DNA of 64,000 nucleotides from NCBI GenBank assembly GCA_965218695.1, contig OZ244651.1, forward strand, positions 2,208,001 to 2,272,000. The letters run 5' to 3'. The notes under the pieces are model-generated. The model saw only the letters and a list, made by a program, of their open reading frames with translations, was not told where the DNA came from and made no database searches. Source of the stretch: Nitrosopumilus sp. Lineage in GTDB: Archaea; Thermoproteota; Nitrososphaeria; Nitrososphaerales; Nitrosopumilaceae. A program made the position numbers and the translations under genes. Below, one piece after another: positions 30,667 through 42,484 of the stretch (its first letter is position 1; the number at the start of each line of letters is the position of its first letter).

Positions 30667-31774
30667 AGTCACGTTCAGAAATAATTTCGCCTCCCGAAAG
30701 GCAACTCGACCGAAAAGCTTTTTGATCGCAGGATTCCCGGGCCATCACGGACGAGAATGACAGGAAGATACGGGAGCTCACGGAGGCCATGAGGGCAGAG
30801 AAGGACGCCAGGATCCGCAACAGGATCATGGCAGTACGCGGGGCGCTCGCAGGATACGCCACAAGGGACGCGGCGTACTTTGCAGACGTGGACCGGCGCA
30901 CGGTGCAGCTGTGGGCGGCGCGGTTCGACGAGGACGGCATGGATGGCCTCCGGGACGCTCCCGGAAGGGGCAGGCCCCCACGCGTAAAGTACGAGCGGAT
31001 CAAAAAGCTTGCAGACAGGCTCAGCGGCAAGAACATGCTAACCCCGAGGAAGCTGCGGAACTGGATACGCGGGAAACTATTTGCAAGGTACAGCTTGTGC
31101 AGCGTGCGCAGGATAATGCGATCCCTTGGGTTCTCGTCCAAGAGGTCTACCACGGAGTATGCCTCGGCAGCCGGCGGCGGCGACGAGGTAAGGCAGTGGC
31201 AGGCTGACGCTGCAGGCACGATATCCGGCGCAAAACAGCGTGGATCTACAATCGTGGCGCAGGACGAGTCCATATTCATCAGGATTGGAACGAATGGAAG
31301 GAAACCGTGGTCGCGCGTCGGGGATCCCGTGGCCGTCGGCAGGAGCGGCAGGAGGGACAAGACGATCGTGTACGGCGCGCTTGCCGGGGACGGAACCAGG
31401 CTTATGCGGCAGTACGAAAAATTCGACGGCCCGACGTTCGTGAAATACCTCAAGGAGGTGCGCCGTAAATGGGGCAAGGTCCTGCTCATAACGGACAATG
31501 CGAGCCAGCACAAGCACGGGAAGGTGCGGGAATATTTGGAGGGGCACGACGAAGTGAGGATCCTGTACCTGCCTACCGCGACGCCAAAGCTCAGCGCCGT
31601 CGAATCTGTATGGAGGGATGCAAAATACAGGCTGGTGACCTCCGAACACTACGAGACGCTGGAGGACCTGACGCACGCGGTGTCAGAATATTTCAGGACG
31701 TGCTCGATCAAGCTCGACATCTACAGATTCCTGTACCGCTGCATATGAGGCGAAATTTTCACTGATCGTCACTC
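30666..31774 (+). mobile_element. IS630-family element (transposase 30789..31748)
   Basis: TIR GAGT(C/G)ACG(T/A)TCAG..AATTTCGC; TA duplication in CTAG; QDES, DNASQH, E motifs. Confidence 0.93.
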
Positions 31775-32121
31775 TAGGCCTCGGACTAGGCCGCAAGGCA
31801 TGACGGATGTTCCATGGGGAGTCCCCCAAGGCAGGCCGTAGTAGGGCATTCATAAAACCTGCAGATCAGGCGTCTGCCGGCTTTCAGATGATGCAGGCAT
31901 GAACTCCTTGTTCGGGTTTTTCGTGCGTCAAAATGTATACAGGAACAGTCTGCCCCAAATCAGGATTGGCCGGCTGGGCACGTCATAGTACCCGAAGGCA
32001 CGCAACGTCGGTTGGTCCGTGACTGTTTTTCCTGGGATATATGATAATATATATTACTTTCTGGGTTTTAGAATTTTAAGACGATATTAAAAAATATATA
32101 CTACCATATTACTAGAAGCCC

Positions 32122-32406
32122 ATGCATATGAAATACGAGATGGGTCAAATGAGGCAAGAGATTGCCAATCTGCGTGCCGCATGCGGGAAGGGCGATGCAG
32201 CCAGCACGTTCGGAGACCGATGCATGACGACCACCGGATCACCACACGGAGAATTCCGGATCATGGCAGGTACCCAACGTAATCCACTATTCATGACCCA
32301 CACACACGACAGGCATATCACAGTATACCGATGCCAGGAGACAGGCACAGACTCGTGCAGCCTGTGGGGAGTCGTTGGCTTCAGGTGTGAGGAGATCGAT
32401 GACTAG
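32122..32406 (+). CDS. Hypothetical protein
   Basis: ORF after AT-rich TATA-like stretch; abuts next ORF. Confidence 0.5.
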   Translation: MHMKYEMGQMRQEIANLRAACGKGDAASTFGDRCMTTTGSPHGEFRIMAGTQRNPLFMTHTHDRHITVYRCQETGTDSCSLWGVVGFRCEEIDD

Positions 32407-32687
32407 TGCCCTATTTTCTGGTGTCGATTAATGACGAGAAGGAGACAGAGTATGTCTGTCTGGAGGCAGAGACCCCGCTCAAGGCAGTCAGGGCAGTCGA
32501 GATAGACGACAAAAAGTATGCAGGAAAGACCCATGTGGAAGTAAGATGCTGGCTTATGAACCACATAATGGAAAATTCCTCTGCCATCCATAGGATGATA
32601 AAACAACCCGAAAAATATTACAAAAGCCTCGCCGTCGCACACATGATATTCCCAGGCGTATGGACATCTGCAGAGGATGATGACTGA
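32406..32687 (+). CDS. Hypothetical protein
   Basis: 93-aa ORF, GTG start overlapping the upstream stop, SD-like GAGGAG. Confidence 0.6.
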   Translation: MPYFLVSINDEKETEYVCLEAETPLKAVRAVEIDDKKYAGKTHVEVRCWLMNHIMENSSAIHRMIKQPEKYYKSLAVAHMIFPGVWTSAEDDD

Positions 32688-32868
32688 TACTGCCTCCTGG
32701 GACGCCGTTTCCGGCTTGGACAGGGCGCGCAGCCTGCCAGGTCCATGGCACAGACAAGCAGACAGACGCCGATGCGGCAAAATCCGCACACGCCAAGCAC
32801 GACAATTTAACCAAATTCCCACACGCCCGAATAGGGCATTGACTGCAAAGGAATCGAGGACAGAGAAG

Positions 32869-33381
32869 CTATGCGCCGGGATTCGGCGTTGCAGCTAGCG
32901 TGCCGAGGATTTTGTCAATCTCGTAAAGTGCTATCTTGTCCCGCCCGATCAGGTCAAATTTCTGCAGGATTGCTTCAAACTTTGTCTCCTCGTGGGTCTG
33001 TTCAGCCACAAACCATTCAAGAAATGTACGCGTGGAATAATCCCCTTCCCTTTGTGCAATGGCAACCATGTTGTGAATCGCCTTGGTGACTGCCCGCTCG
33101 TTTTCCAGGGAAATTTTCATGACGGATTCTAGGGATTCAAAGGAGCTGGCCGGTGCGTCAATGGAGAGGGGCGCGGCACAGGCCCCCATCTCATTCAGGT
33201 AGCGAATTATTTTAATCATGTGGGCTCGTTCCTCGTCGGACTGGGCATAAAAGTATGCAGCAGCGCCCCCATATCCGGTAGTCTCAGACCATGATGCCAT
33301 TGCAAGATAGACGTTCGATGCAGCAGACTCGAGTCGGACCTGATTGTCCAGTGCCTGTTTCAATTCGTCAGATATTCTCAT
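32869..33381 (-). CDS. ftnA: Ferritin (non-haem)
   Basis: YLAMASW, EERAH, LENE, FLEWFVAEQTHEE. Confidence 0.9.
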   Translation of the reverse strand: MRISDELKQALDNQVRLESAASNVYLAMASWSETTGYGGAAAYFYAQSDEERAHMIKIIRYLNEMGACAAPLSIDAPASSFESLESVMKISLENERAVTKAIHNMVAIAQREGDYSTRTFLEWFVAEQTHEETKFEAILQKFDLIGRDKIALYEIDKILGTLAATPNPGA

Positions 33382-33447
33382 GATGAATGGCGTGAAGCAC
33401 TCAATTAAAAACCATTCCCAGAACAACGGGTGTGTCCTAGAGGCATA

Positions 33448-34726
33448 GTAGTGGCCAAAGCAATCCGATCACCCTCTGCCAATAATTCCGAAAACTACCG
33501 AGCCTCATGAAATAATTTGTCCATCCGTGCTGTGACTGGCAGGCCTGAATGTCTCCGGGCATACATTCAGATCACAGGCATGCTCATATCCGCTCATGAT
33601 GACTGTTGTCAAGAAAAAGCAAGGCGCTGCCGACCCCGGCAGTCGCACAAGGACAGTTCCCGCAGCCGGACCGGCATCAGGGCAAAAGAGGCTCAAGACG
33701 GGATCCATGTTCATGCCGAACGTGAGCGAAAAGAGGCTGGTGCGGATGTGTGCAAAAGAAAAGAACAAACTGGCCAAGCTCAGGCTGCTTGCGTGCATCA
33801 TGAGAAAGCAGAGCCATAGCATCAGGGAGATCTGCAGGAAGCTTGTCATGCCGTATTCCACCGTGCGCGACTGGCTGGTGCGGATGCAGGAGCGGGGATT
33901 GAGGGCCAGGTTCAACAGGGTGCGGCATGGCAGGAAAAGCAGGCTGCCCAAATCATTCCTCAGGACGGTTCGGTCGTGGCTCAAGAACAGGCCAAAAAAG
34001 TACGGGTTCGAGTCAGGCTCCTGGCAGCTCAACTTGGTGTTGGAGATGATCCGGCGGAGGTTTGGAACGGACTGCTGCTGCAAGGAACGCACGCTGCGAA
34101 GGATGCTCAAAAGGATCGGGTTCTCCTACCGAAAGGCAAGGCCGGTTCCGCCCAAGTCAGCCTCCAAAAGCGAACAAGAAGAGTTCAAGGCGGCAGCCGG
34201 CAGGAGGGCAAAGGAACTGGTCACTGAGGGGTACGACGTGTTCGTCGAAGACGAGGCCGCAGACGGCATGTCGCAGGAACCGGGCTACGGGTGGAGGCCC
34301 AAGGGAGGACGCGACGAGATCCAGACCGGGTTCTCAAAAAAGGGTGTAAGCCTGCTTGGCATCATGGGCACGGATACCCTCTACGTCCGCATGGCAGATT
34401 CTGCAAACTCCGAGACGTTCAAGGGGTTCCTCGGGGACGTGCGCAAGAAGCACCCGAAATTCTACATGGTCCTGGACAACGCGTCGTACCACAAGTCGCA
34501 CACGGTCCGGGAATACGTGGCCGGCACAGGCGGGGACGTGGAGATGGAATTTCTCCCGCCCCGCACGCCGCAGCTTAACCAAATTGAAAACGTCTGGAGG
34601 GACCTCAAGAAGCGCCTTGCCGGCAGGTACTTCAAATCCACAGAGGAACTAAAGGCGGCGATAACGGCAATCCTTGAAAAAGAGATGGGCAATCGACTCG
34701 TTGGTTATCTGGTAAATTAGCCACAT
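33448..34726 (+). mobile_element. IS630-family element (transposase 33596..34720); ends approximate
   Basis: EDEA, DNASYH, PQLNQIE; weak GTGGC-type TIRs next to TA. Confidence 0.85.
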
Positions 34727-34943
34727 TAGCGTGAAAATTCATTCTTGCGTGTGAAATAATACGGATCCTTGTTTGCATGTGGCCTGATTTCTGTGCAGGC
34801 CGTGGCTTCAACCACGTCAGGTTTGACAAGATGCATGATTATGTGGTTAATTTAGACAAAGGTGAGCGGATTGTTCTGGCCTATACTAGGCATATACCCC
34901 CGGATGACAAAAGATATGGATCGGCGGATCACGGCATCGCCTA

Positions 34944-35906
34944 ATGACTACAAAGAAACGCGACCAACGACAGTACGATTTGGTTCAGCAGTACCTGTCG
35001 GGCCTCATGCTGAATACCGTGCTGGGAATAATCAAGAATCTTGGGGATCCGTACGCCGTCAGGCCCGGCCTGGGCGGCATGACGGCATACCCGCCTGGCG
35101 CCATGGCAGCTGTCTGCATCATGCTTGAGGCACAGCGCACGACCTACCGTAAGATGGTCGGCATCCTCCGAAACAATAGCGCCATGGCAGCCAAGATGGG
35201 CCTAGAGAAAATTCCCTCCAAGAGCACGATAGCACGCGCCTACGGCCTGATCCCGGAATGGTACCTGGCAGAGGCACACCGGATTGCCATCAGGGAGGTG
35301 GAGGCAGGCTCCCTGGCAGCAGACGGTACCGGATACTCGTACCTGCGGTTTGTCAGGTGGTTTGACGTCAGGACCGACAGTTTTCGTACCAGAAAGGGAT
35401 GGGTCAAACTGCACGCAATCGTGGACATACGCACCAGGGTGATAATCGACTGCATGGCAACTGACAGCGCAGTGGCAGACATAAACGGGCTGTACGCGAT
35501 GCTCGGCAGGTTAGGCCGGGGCACCGGCGACTTTTGCCTGGATTCTGCATACCTGGCAAGGCTAATGTGCAACATGATATCTGCGATGGGAATGGTACCC
35601 CGCATCAAGCCAAAATCCAACACCATACGCAACGCCAGGGGAAGCCAGTCGTGGCGCGAGATGGTAAGCCTGTACATGGATGAACGGGACAGGTTTGACT
35701 CGGAATACCACCAGCGCAGCATCATCGAGGCAGTCTTTGCCGCCCTCAAGAAGATGTACGGGGACAGCACCAGGTGCCGAAAACACGAGAACCGGACAAG
35801 GGAGACTGCGATCCGTGTCATGTGCTACAACATCGAGCTCGTGGCCAGATTGCAGGCAAAAGACGGCAGGCTCACACAGGATCAAATCGCGACACTTGCA
35901 GCGTAA
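34944..35906 (+). CDS. IS5-like (DDE_Tnp_1) transposase
   Basis: ADGTG, VKLH, LDSAY, YHQRSIIEAVF..K. Confidence 0.9.
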   Translation: MTTKKRDQRQYDLVQQYLSGLMLNTVLGIIKNLGDPYAVRPGLGGMTAYPPGAMAAVCIMLEAQRTTYRKMVGILRNNSAMAAKMGLEKIPSKSTIARAYGLIPEWYLAEAHRIAIREVEAGSLAADGTGYSYLRFVRWFDVRTDSFRTRKGWVKLHAIVDIRTRVIIDCMATDSAVADINGLYAMLGRLGRGTGDFCLDSAYLARLMCNMISAMGMVPRIKPKSNTIRNARGSQSWREMVSLYMDERDRFDSEYHQRSIIEAVFAALKKMYGDSTRCRKHENRTRETAIRVMCYNIELVARLQAKDGRLTQDQIATLAA

Positions 35907-35990
35907 CCGGCGCGTCTTGACACGCGCCTCCTAGCGGAGCCTCCGCACAGTGTCTTGGATTTGGGGGATTTTATGGGTTGTGGAGGATCG

Positions 35991-36197
35991 ATGGTGCGGC
36001 ACTGTTGGCGTCGACGGGTTCTGGCACCAATCGTGTCTTTGGCATTCTGGTACATGGGATGGCATTTTTTATTACTAGGACACACCCCAGAACAACCGGA
36101 CACGTGTTTCGGCCCAGCACAAGGATTCATTGTGCAAAAATTTGAACCGGTTAGAATCAACGGTAGTGTGAAAGAAGTCATGCATGGTGGCCATTGA
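35991..36197 (+). CDS. Possible small membrane protein
   Basis: One hydrophobic segment; GGAGG upstream. Confidence 0.35.
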   Translation: MVRHCWRRRVLAPIVSLAFWYMGWHFLLLGHTPEQPDTCFGPAQGFIVQKFEPVRINGSVKEVMHGGH

Positions 36198-36350
36198 AGG
36201 CCGGTATTTCACTATTGGAAATAGCCCAAAACGGATCATCACGCTTGTGCTTTATCTCGTCTTCTTGTCACTCATGCCTCATCCCTTGACACATTCCAAA
36301 AGCGTGCAATGCCGAGCGTTGCCATTCTAGCGGAGATTATCCCACACACA

Positions 36351-37373
36351 TTATGCAATTTTTTTAGAGTTCACAAAGACGCCCTTGCGGGATGTGACCC
36401 TGCCTATCTCATGGCTTGAGATCCCGTGTTCCTTGAAGATCGACATGATGCCTGCGGCCTGATCTCCGGGCGCAATCACGCAAAACCCCACGCCCATGTT
36501 AAACGTCCTGTACATCTCCTCTGGCTCCACCCCCTGCTCCTCTATGAGCCTCATGATGGGAGGCATCTCCGGCAGGGAGTCTATCTCATAGCCTGTGTCC
36601 TTGAGGCGCAGCAGCTTGGTAAACGAGCCACCCGTTATGTGTGCCAGTCCGTCCACTTGGCACTTTTGAACGATCTCAAGAACGGACTTGGTGTATATTG
36701 CAGTGGGCTCCAAAAGCGCATCCCCTATGGTTCCAACCCCCTTGATGCTGTCTGTTATGGAGTACTTTGGAAAGAGTGCCTTTCTTGCAAGCGAGTAGCC
36801 GTTTGAATGAATTCCCGTGCTGCCTGCCCCTATGATCACATCGCCTGGCGCTATCCTGTCTCCCAGTATCATCTGGTCCTTCTCAACCAGCCCCACCACC
36901 ATTCCGGCCAGATCGAATGCAAAACCGTCACCATTAATCACATCAGGCATTATCGCAGTCTCCCCGCCGACAATCGGCACTGCTGATCTCTCTGCCCCCT
37001 TGACCAGCCCCTCCATAATCTCCCGGATAATGCGTTGGTCGTTTCTGTTTGCTGCGATATAGTCCACAAAGGATATCGGCGTCGCGCCGATGCATATCAC
37101 GTCGTTGACATTCATTGCGATGCAGTCAATGCCTATTGTATCATACCTGTCCATCATGCCTGCGATCATCACCTTGGTTCCAACGCCGTCAGTATGCGTG
37201 GCCAAAAGGGTGCCGCCTGCAATCTCCACAACCCCGGCATAGTGTCCAAAGCCGTGGGCGATCCTTACCTTACTTTGAAGATTGTGCGTTGATGCAATCA
37301 TCCGGCCAATCTCGGTCTGACTCTGCTTGATCTGGGAGATGTCCACGCCTGCATTCTTGTATGTCAGCGGCAT
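36351..37373 (-). CDS. purM: Phosphoribosylformylglycinamidine cyclo-ligase
   Basis: YKNAGVD, TDGVGTK, GGETA, HSNGYSL, HITGG, TFNMGVG. Confidence 0.97.
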   Translation of the reverse strand: MPLTYKNAGVDISQIKQSQTEIGRMIASTHNLQSKVRIAHGFGHYAGVVEIAGGTLLATHTDGVGTKVMIAGMMDRYDTIGIDCIAMNVNDVICIGATPISFVDYIAANRNDQRIIREIMEGLVKGAERSAVPIVGGETAIMPDVINGDGFAFDLAGMVVGLVEKDQMILGDRIAPGDVIIGAGSTGIHSNGYSLARKALFPKYSITDSIKGVGTIGDALLEPTAIYTKSVLEIVQKCQVDGLAHITGGSFTKLLRLKDTGYEIDSLPEMPPIMRLIEEQGVEPEEMYRTFNMGVGFCVIAPGDQAAGIMSIFKEHGISSHEIGRVTSRKGVFVNSKKIA

Positions 37374-37712
37374 GATGAGGTGCCTGTCTTCTTTGAATAA
37401 AAGAATTTGCGTGGACTCAGTTAACGCAGAAGTAGCAACAATTTAGTGCATGATTGGATAGAATGCCTATTCCAATACCCATGTTGAAAGCCTCAAACAT
37501 GCCAATGTCTTGTCCTGCCTGCATGATCTAGATGCATGGCGTGGGCATGGCGGTACCGGGTGTCGGTGGCCGTGCCCATGGGCAAAAGACAAACATTCAG
37601 TGGCACGCTGGATACGTTTGAAGGCAAAACGCAGTACTGCGTCCGGTTCTTCGGAATGGCTACGCACCGTCCGTCCGTCCGTCCATTCCTGCAAGAGACG
37701 GCCCTGCGGAAT

Positions 37713-38975
37713 CTACTTCAGGGGTGGCAGGGTGCCTTGGATGCGGCGGCCGGCCGCGCATCCGGCAGCGTGGCAGATGCAGCACGGATCCGGCGGCTTG
37801 TGCCTGGCAAGATCCCGGGGAATGGTCATCAGCAAAAGGATTGCCTTCATGTCAATCTGCCTCATTGTCAAATACACCCCGCTGCCGCCTGACATGCCCG
37901 GATTGCGTGTCAGCTCGGCATTTGCCAGAACCCACACGTTGTACAGGATCATCGAGTAGAGAAAACAGAACAGCCGTGCGGTACTGGAGGTACTGCGCGT
38001 CCTTACCCTTTGGCTCTCCACCATCCTGTATCCCGTTTCTATGACCCACCTCTTGGAGTACAGGTCTGGCTTGATTCCGGGCACGCTTGTGGCAAACGCG
38101 ATGTATTCCTCCTCGGGCTTTTTGCCGCCTGATTTCCTGCTTTTTCTTTTGCGTTTTGTTATTATCATGGTGTATTCCTCGTAGTCGTTCTTGGTCTTTG
38201 CTATGCGGAACCTGGACACTGCCATGCGCTCCCCGCGATCAAACTGCGCGATGGCCCGGATCACGTTGGTCGTGTTGACGCATGGCATGAGAAAGTCCAC
38301 GCCCGTCTCATGCAGTGTCCGGATGACGTCGGTGGAAAAGAATTCGCGGTCAAGCATGGCAACCCCGATTCTGACCCTGTTGTCCCTGCACGTTTTGATG
38401 ATCCGCCGTACAAAATCAGAGGCGTCTTCAAGGGCGGGCATGTGAATCACGCCAAGCGCAAGGTTCATCCTCCTGTTGACGCACTGCGCCGTGACGTAGC
38501 GCTCAAAACTGCCCGTCTTGCCCTTGCTCTTTGAGCGCACTACGTCTTCGTTGTGGTTGGAGTCCCAGCGGGGTATCAGGTGCATGTCTATGGCCACGTC
38601 CATCTTCCTGCCTGCAAGCATGCCCAGCTCCTGCAACCTGTCCAGCTGGACGCCTATCTTTTCGTTAAACGCCTTGATCAGCTGATCCCTCTTGATCCTG
38701 GATATCGTGTCCCGGATCCACTCGCCGCTGACGGCCCGGCGGTGGGATTTTTTCAGCCCCGACAGGAAGGTCGTGGCATTGCGCATGGCAGACGCGTATC
38801 CAAAGGCCGAGACGCCAAGCAGCGCAGCTGCCACCATGACCCTGTGAAAATCGGCCGGCCCGTACGTGGTGTTGTGCCTTTTGGGGGGCGGAATTCCGGG
38901 ATCAAACGTCTCCGATACCCCGTCCATGACCGGCCCGCCCATCATGGCCGGATTGTTTTTCAGGGAACGCCGCAT
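37713..38975 (-). CDS. ISH3-family transposase, 5' region interrupted by nested IS
   Basis: AIDMH, LDREF, YSKRWVIETGY; paralog of 18739..19908. Confidence 0.88.
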   Translation of the reverse strand: MRRSLKNNPAMMGGPVMDGVSETFDPGIPPPKRHNTTYGPADFHRVMVAAALLGVSAFGYASAMRNATTFLSGLKKSHRRAVSGEWIRDTISRIKRDQLIKAFNEKIGVQLDRLQELGMLAGRKMDVAIDMHLIPRWDSNHNEDVVRSKSKGKTGSFERYVTAQCVNRRMNLALGVIHMPALEDASDFVRRIIKTCRDNRVRIGVAMLDREFFSTDVIRTLHETGVDFLMPCVNTTNVIRAIAQFDRGERMAVSRFRIAKTKNDYEEYTMIITKRKRKSRKSGGKKPEEEYIAFATSVPGIKPDLYSKRWVIETGYRMVESQRVRTRSTSSTARLFCFLYSMILYNVWVLANAELTRNPGMSGGSGVYLTMRQIDMKAILLLMTIPRDLARHKPPDPCCICHAAGCAAGRRIQGTLPPLK

Positions 38976-38977
38976 GC

Positions 38978-40216
38978 GGGGCGTTGTCCACCTTTTGATA
39001 ATCCTGCTCTATTTCACACTATTTTTGGTTCATTTTGGCATCCCAAACCTGGACTCTGAAGGGGTTTCTGGTGTCGGCAGGCTTGCGGTTGGTCGTTTTT
39101 GAGCCGTTTTCATCTAGTGGTGCATGGCATCCGCTGGAACCGGAAACCGGCATTCTGCCCCTACCGGGACCCCTATGCTATCAGGTTGTAGCAGATGCTT
39201 CGCAGGATTATCTGGAGTCTCTGCATGGGAAACGTCTTTGCGGCCACGACGGAACCGAACCTCTCCTTCATGGATGAGAACACGGACTCGACAAGACTGC
39301 GCTGGTGGTACACCTTCTCGAACCCTTCCCGATCCCGCCTGAACCAGCGGAGCATCTCTGCCCTGGGATTGAAGCCCTTTGCGGTGTGGTTCTTGCGGGG
39401 CCAGATCACCGGTTTTCTGCCGCTGTCGTAGATCATCTTGCAGTTTGCGTGCGCGTCATACGCCGAATCCAGCATGACGTGCCCGTCGCCGTCTGGCGTG
39501 CGGGCAAACATCTTCCGGAATATCGGCGAGTCGTGGGCAAGTCCGGGCGTCACCATGCATGCGGCGATCCTTCCGTGCGGGGCTACCAGTATGTGCAGCT
39601 TGACGAACTGACGCCTGGGTATGATGCCCTTCTTGGCATCCTCCCAGTCGGCGTAGATGTTGATGGAAAATCCGCTTGCGTCCCCAAGGAGCGGACCGTG
39701 AGCGTCACTCCCTGCCTGTCCCAGGATCACTTCCATCAGAATCTTCTGCTTTTCTGCCAGCCTCTTGGCTGCCGCATGCAGGCACGATTTGGACGGAACG
39801 GCTTTTAAGCCGCAGACGTGCAGTGAACCTGGGTTTGCCTCGAGGTACGAGACGTGTTCCCGGTACGAGTTGCCGCGAAACTCCTTGTCCATGAGGCAGA
39901 TCAAGTAGGAGATCATGCGCCGGTCCTTGTCGGACTTGGGCTTGCAGATCTCGTACAGGATGGTGGTAAGGGCAAGGATTCCGATTGACACTCGTTTCCC
40001 CTCCCCACTCCTTCGCATCTCGTATTTTTTGCTGTAGCCTTTCGGGCGCACCCATTTCTTCTTGTCTTCCTTGTCTCTGTTCTTTGCTTTCCTCTTTTTT
40101 CTATTGGAATTCATTAATTGTGGGCAGGATCGGTGATCCAAAACTTTTCGGATGTCTGACGCTAATGATCTTTAAGCGTAACGCTGCTTTTTTGAGGAAG
40201 ATGTGGACAACGCCCC
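38978..40216 (-). mobile_element. IS5-like element (transposase 39173..40141)
   Basis: 14-bp TIR GGGGCGTTGTCCAC; flanking GCATGC duplicated; GDASG, VKLH, LDSAY, YHQRSLVESVF. Confidence 0.92.
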
Positions 40217-40694
40217 GCATGCGGTTCTGCGGGCCGGGCATGGCAGTCACTTCGGGTTTCGCCGCCTGCCTGATGCAGCGCCGTTTCCGGCAGCAGCCGT
40301 GCAAACCTTAAATCCCAATTCCGTGAATCCGATATGGTGTGTGAGCCCGTTCATGGTGGTTCATTGACGGGTACTCTCACTCCATTCTTTTAAGCTGCAA
40401 TGACATGTAATTTGCACCTGCCGGCAGCTATTTTTGGCAACGCCTGCAGATTCAGTGCGGATGCGCACGAGATGGCGCGGGCGTGTCCTGCATGTCAGGC
40501 AGGATCTTTTACTTCTGTGTTAACTGGGACTGGCTCTCCTGAGTCTGGATGGTTTTAGTTGACTGTGATGGAAGAGTGGCAAATGCCGTTAGAACTGGAG
40601 TTACTGTTCTGGATTTTAGGCATATTGCCCATCACAGTCACTAGTACCAAGATGCTAATCTAATATATTTAATGCGGGGGAATACACGCATGGT

Positions 40695-41111
40695 ATGGCC
40701 ACAATTGACGTCGAAGTGGAGATCAACGCCACGCCCGATGCAGTATGGGAGATAGTCTCGGATGTGGACTCTGAGCCAAGATTTTGGAAGGGAACAAAGG
40801 AGATCAGAAACATATCCAAGGAGGGAGACAAGATTCACAGGGAGATTACGATCGCATTCAGGGATCAAAAATGCCTGCAGGACGTTCAGATGTACCCCAA
40901 GGAGAGGATCGAGGCAAGATTTGTCAAGGGCATCATCGACGGGGACAAGACGATACTGCTGGTGCCAAGAGGCGACAACACCATACTCCGCACCACATGG
41001 AACATAAGGCTGACAGGCATGATGGGGATATTTACAGGCATGATTAAAAGCCACATCAAGAGCGGAACCGAGCAGGCCATGCACAGCATCAAGGCTGAAA
41101 TCGAGAGATGA
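40695..41111 (+). CDS. SRPBCC/polyketide cyclase family protein
   Basis: VEINATPDAVWEIVSD..PRFW. Confidence 0.85.
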   Translation: MATIDVEVEINATPDAVWEIVSDVDSEPRFWKGTKEIRNISKEGDKIHREITIAFRDQKCLQDVQMYPKERIEARFVKGIIDGDKTILLVPRGDNTILRTTWNIRLTGMMGIFTGMIKSHIKSGTEQAMHSIKAEIER

Positions 41112-41114
41112 TTC

Positions 41115-42329
41115 ATGGATCCGGTAGCTGACATCCTCAACTATCTGCTGGCCGCGATTCTTGTTGGGGTATGCGGGGCATGGGTGTTTCTCATCAAATC
41201 AATGACGAACTCATTCAGGCTGACCCCGTACCTTGACAGGTTTACAGACACCTCAAAGTCACGCCCCCGGGTATCTGTAATAATTCCTGCAAGAAACGAG
41301 GAGGGATTTGTCGGAAGATGCCTGGAGTCCCTTGCCATCCAGGATTATGAGGATTACGAGATAATTGTAATCGACGACTCGTCTGAGGATGGCACATGGG
41401 ACATAATCTCAGAGTTTGCCCAGAGATACCCCAATGTGGTCCCGGTCTCTGCAAGGCCCAAGCCAGAGGGGTGGATGGGAAAGAACTGGGCATGCATGGA
41501 AGGATACAGGAAGGCCACAGGGGATCTTTTGCTGTTTACGGACGCAGATACAAGACACTCCAAAAAGGTGATATCGATGGCAGCAGCCCACCTAATCTCG
41601 TCTGACCTGGATGCCCTGTCGGTAATTCCAAGGATGCTGACGCTGGATGTCTGGACTAGGATCACGCTTCCGATGATCTCGACGTTTCTGCATACCCGGT
41701 TTTCTGCATTGAACGTGAACAATCCGGCAAAGAAGACAGGCTACTTTTTTGGAAGCTTTTTCATACTTTGGAGGAAGACCTACGAGGGCATAGGGACGCA
41801 CGAGGGGGTAAGGCAGGAGATAATCGAGGACGGCGCCCTTGGCAGGAAGGCAAAGGAGATGGGACACAAAATAAGGATGGTGAGGGGGGAGCACCTGATA
41901 GAGGCAATCTGGGCCAGGGACAGGGGCACGCTGTGGAACGCCCTGAAGAGACTGATGGTTCCCCTGTATCTCCAGGACGGACGGATGGCAGTGGGGATAT
42001 TTGTCGCAGTCACATTTTTGCTGTTTGTGCCGTTTCCAGTATTCGCCGCGTCAGTAGCGTCCATGCAGGATGCCACGTCAGCAGGCGTGCTGTGTGCGGC
42101 GGCAGGAGCCGCATCCCTGCTGATCCACATCGGGGCGCTGATTGAGACAAGGGTCGGACTCGGACTGAGATCCGTCTATGCGCTGGCTGCGCCTCTGGGG
42201 GGACTGGTAGTCACGCTGGGTTTCCTAAGCGGCCTGCTTCAGGCAAACAGTTCGTCTTCCGTGACATGGAGGGGAAGAAGCTACTCCAAGACGGATCACA
42301 GCCAGGCACAGTCAGGAGTACGCATCTAA
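41115..42329 (+). CDS. Glycosyltransferase family 2, membrane-bound
   Basis: IPARNEE, DDSSED, GWMGK, FTDAD, IED, WRGR. Confidence 0.92.
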   Translation: MDPVADILNYLLAAILVGVCGAWVFLIKSMTNSFRLTPYLDRFTDTSKSRPRVSVIIPARNEEGFVGRCLESLAIQDYEDYEIIVIDDSSEDGTWDIISEFAQRYPNVVPVSARPKPEGWMGKNWACMEGYRKATGDLLLFTDADTRHSKKVISMAAAHLISSDLDALSVIPRMLTLDVWTRITLPMISTFLHTRFSALNVNNPAKKTGYFFGSFFILWRKTYEGIGTHEGVRQEIIEDGALGRKAKEMGHKIRMVRGEHLIEAIWARDRGTLWNALKRLMVPLYLQDGRMAVGIFVAVTFLLFVPFPVFAASVASMQDATSAGVLCAAAGAASLLIHIGALIETRVGLGLRSVYALAAPLGGLVVTLGFLSGLLQANSSSSVTWRGRSYSKTDHSQAQSGVRI

Positions 42330-42484
42330 AAATTAAGGCAGGAGTCCTGCCCGCACCCACATGCGCAGGTAAACGTGTGTCCGTGCATGGCATATCGGAT
42401 TCGGCGTGTTGTTTTGACCAGAGAGCCTGCCAGAAGAATCCAACAACATAAGCCTTTTAGATAGAAAACCGATCCAAAGACCAC

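Larger units (their letters stand above)
37418..40526 (-). mobile_element. ISH3-family element with nested IS5-like element
   Basis: TIR CAGTTAAC(G/A)CAGAAGTA; 5-bp TSD GGACT. Confidence 0.93.

Noticed and set aside
34708-34720. 13-bp match (CTAATTTACCAGA) between an IS630 right end and the 23-bp motif
   Set aside because: Lacks the GATCAC core and is coding sequence; probably chance, though an IS630 origin for the motif is not excluded.
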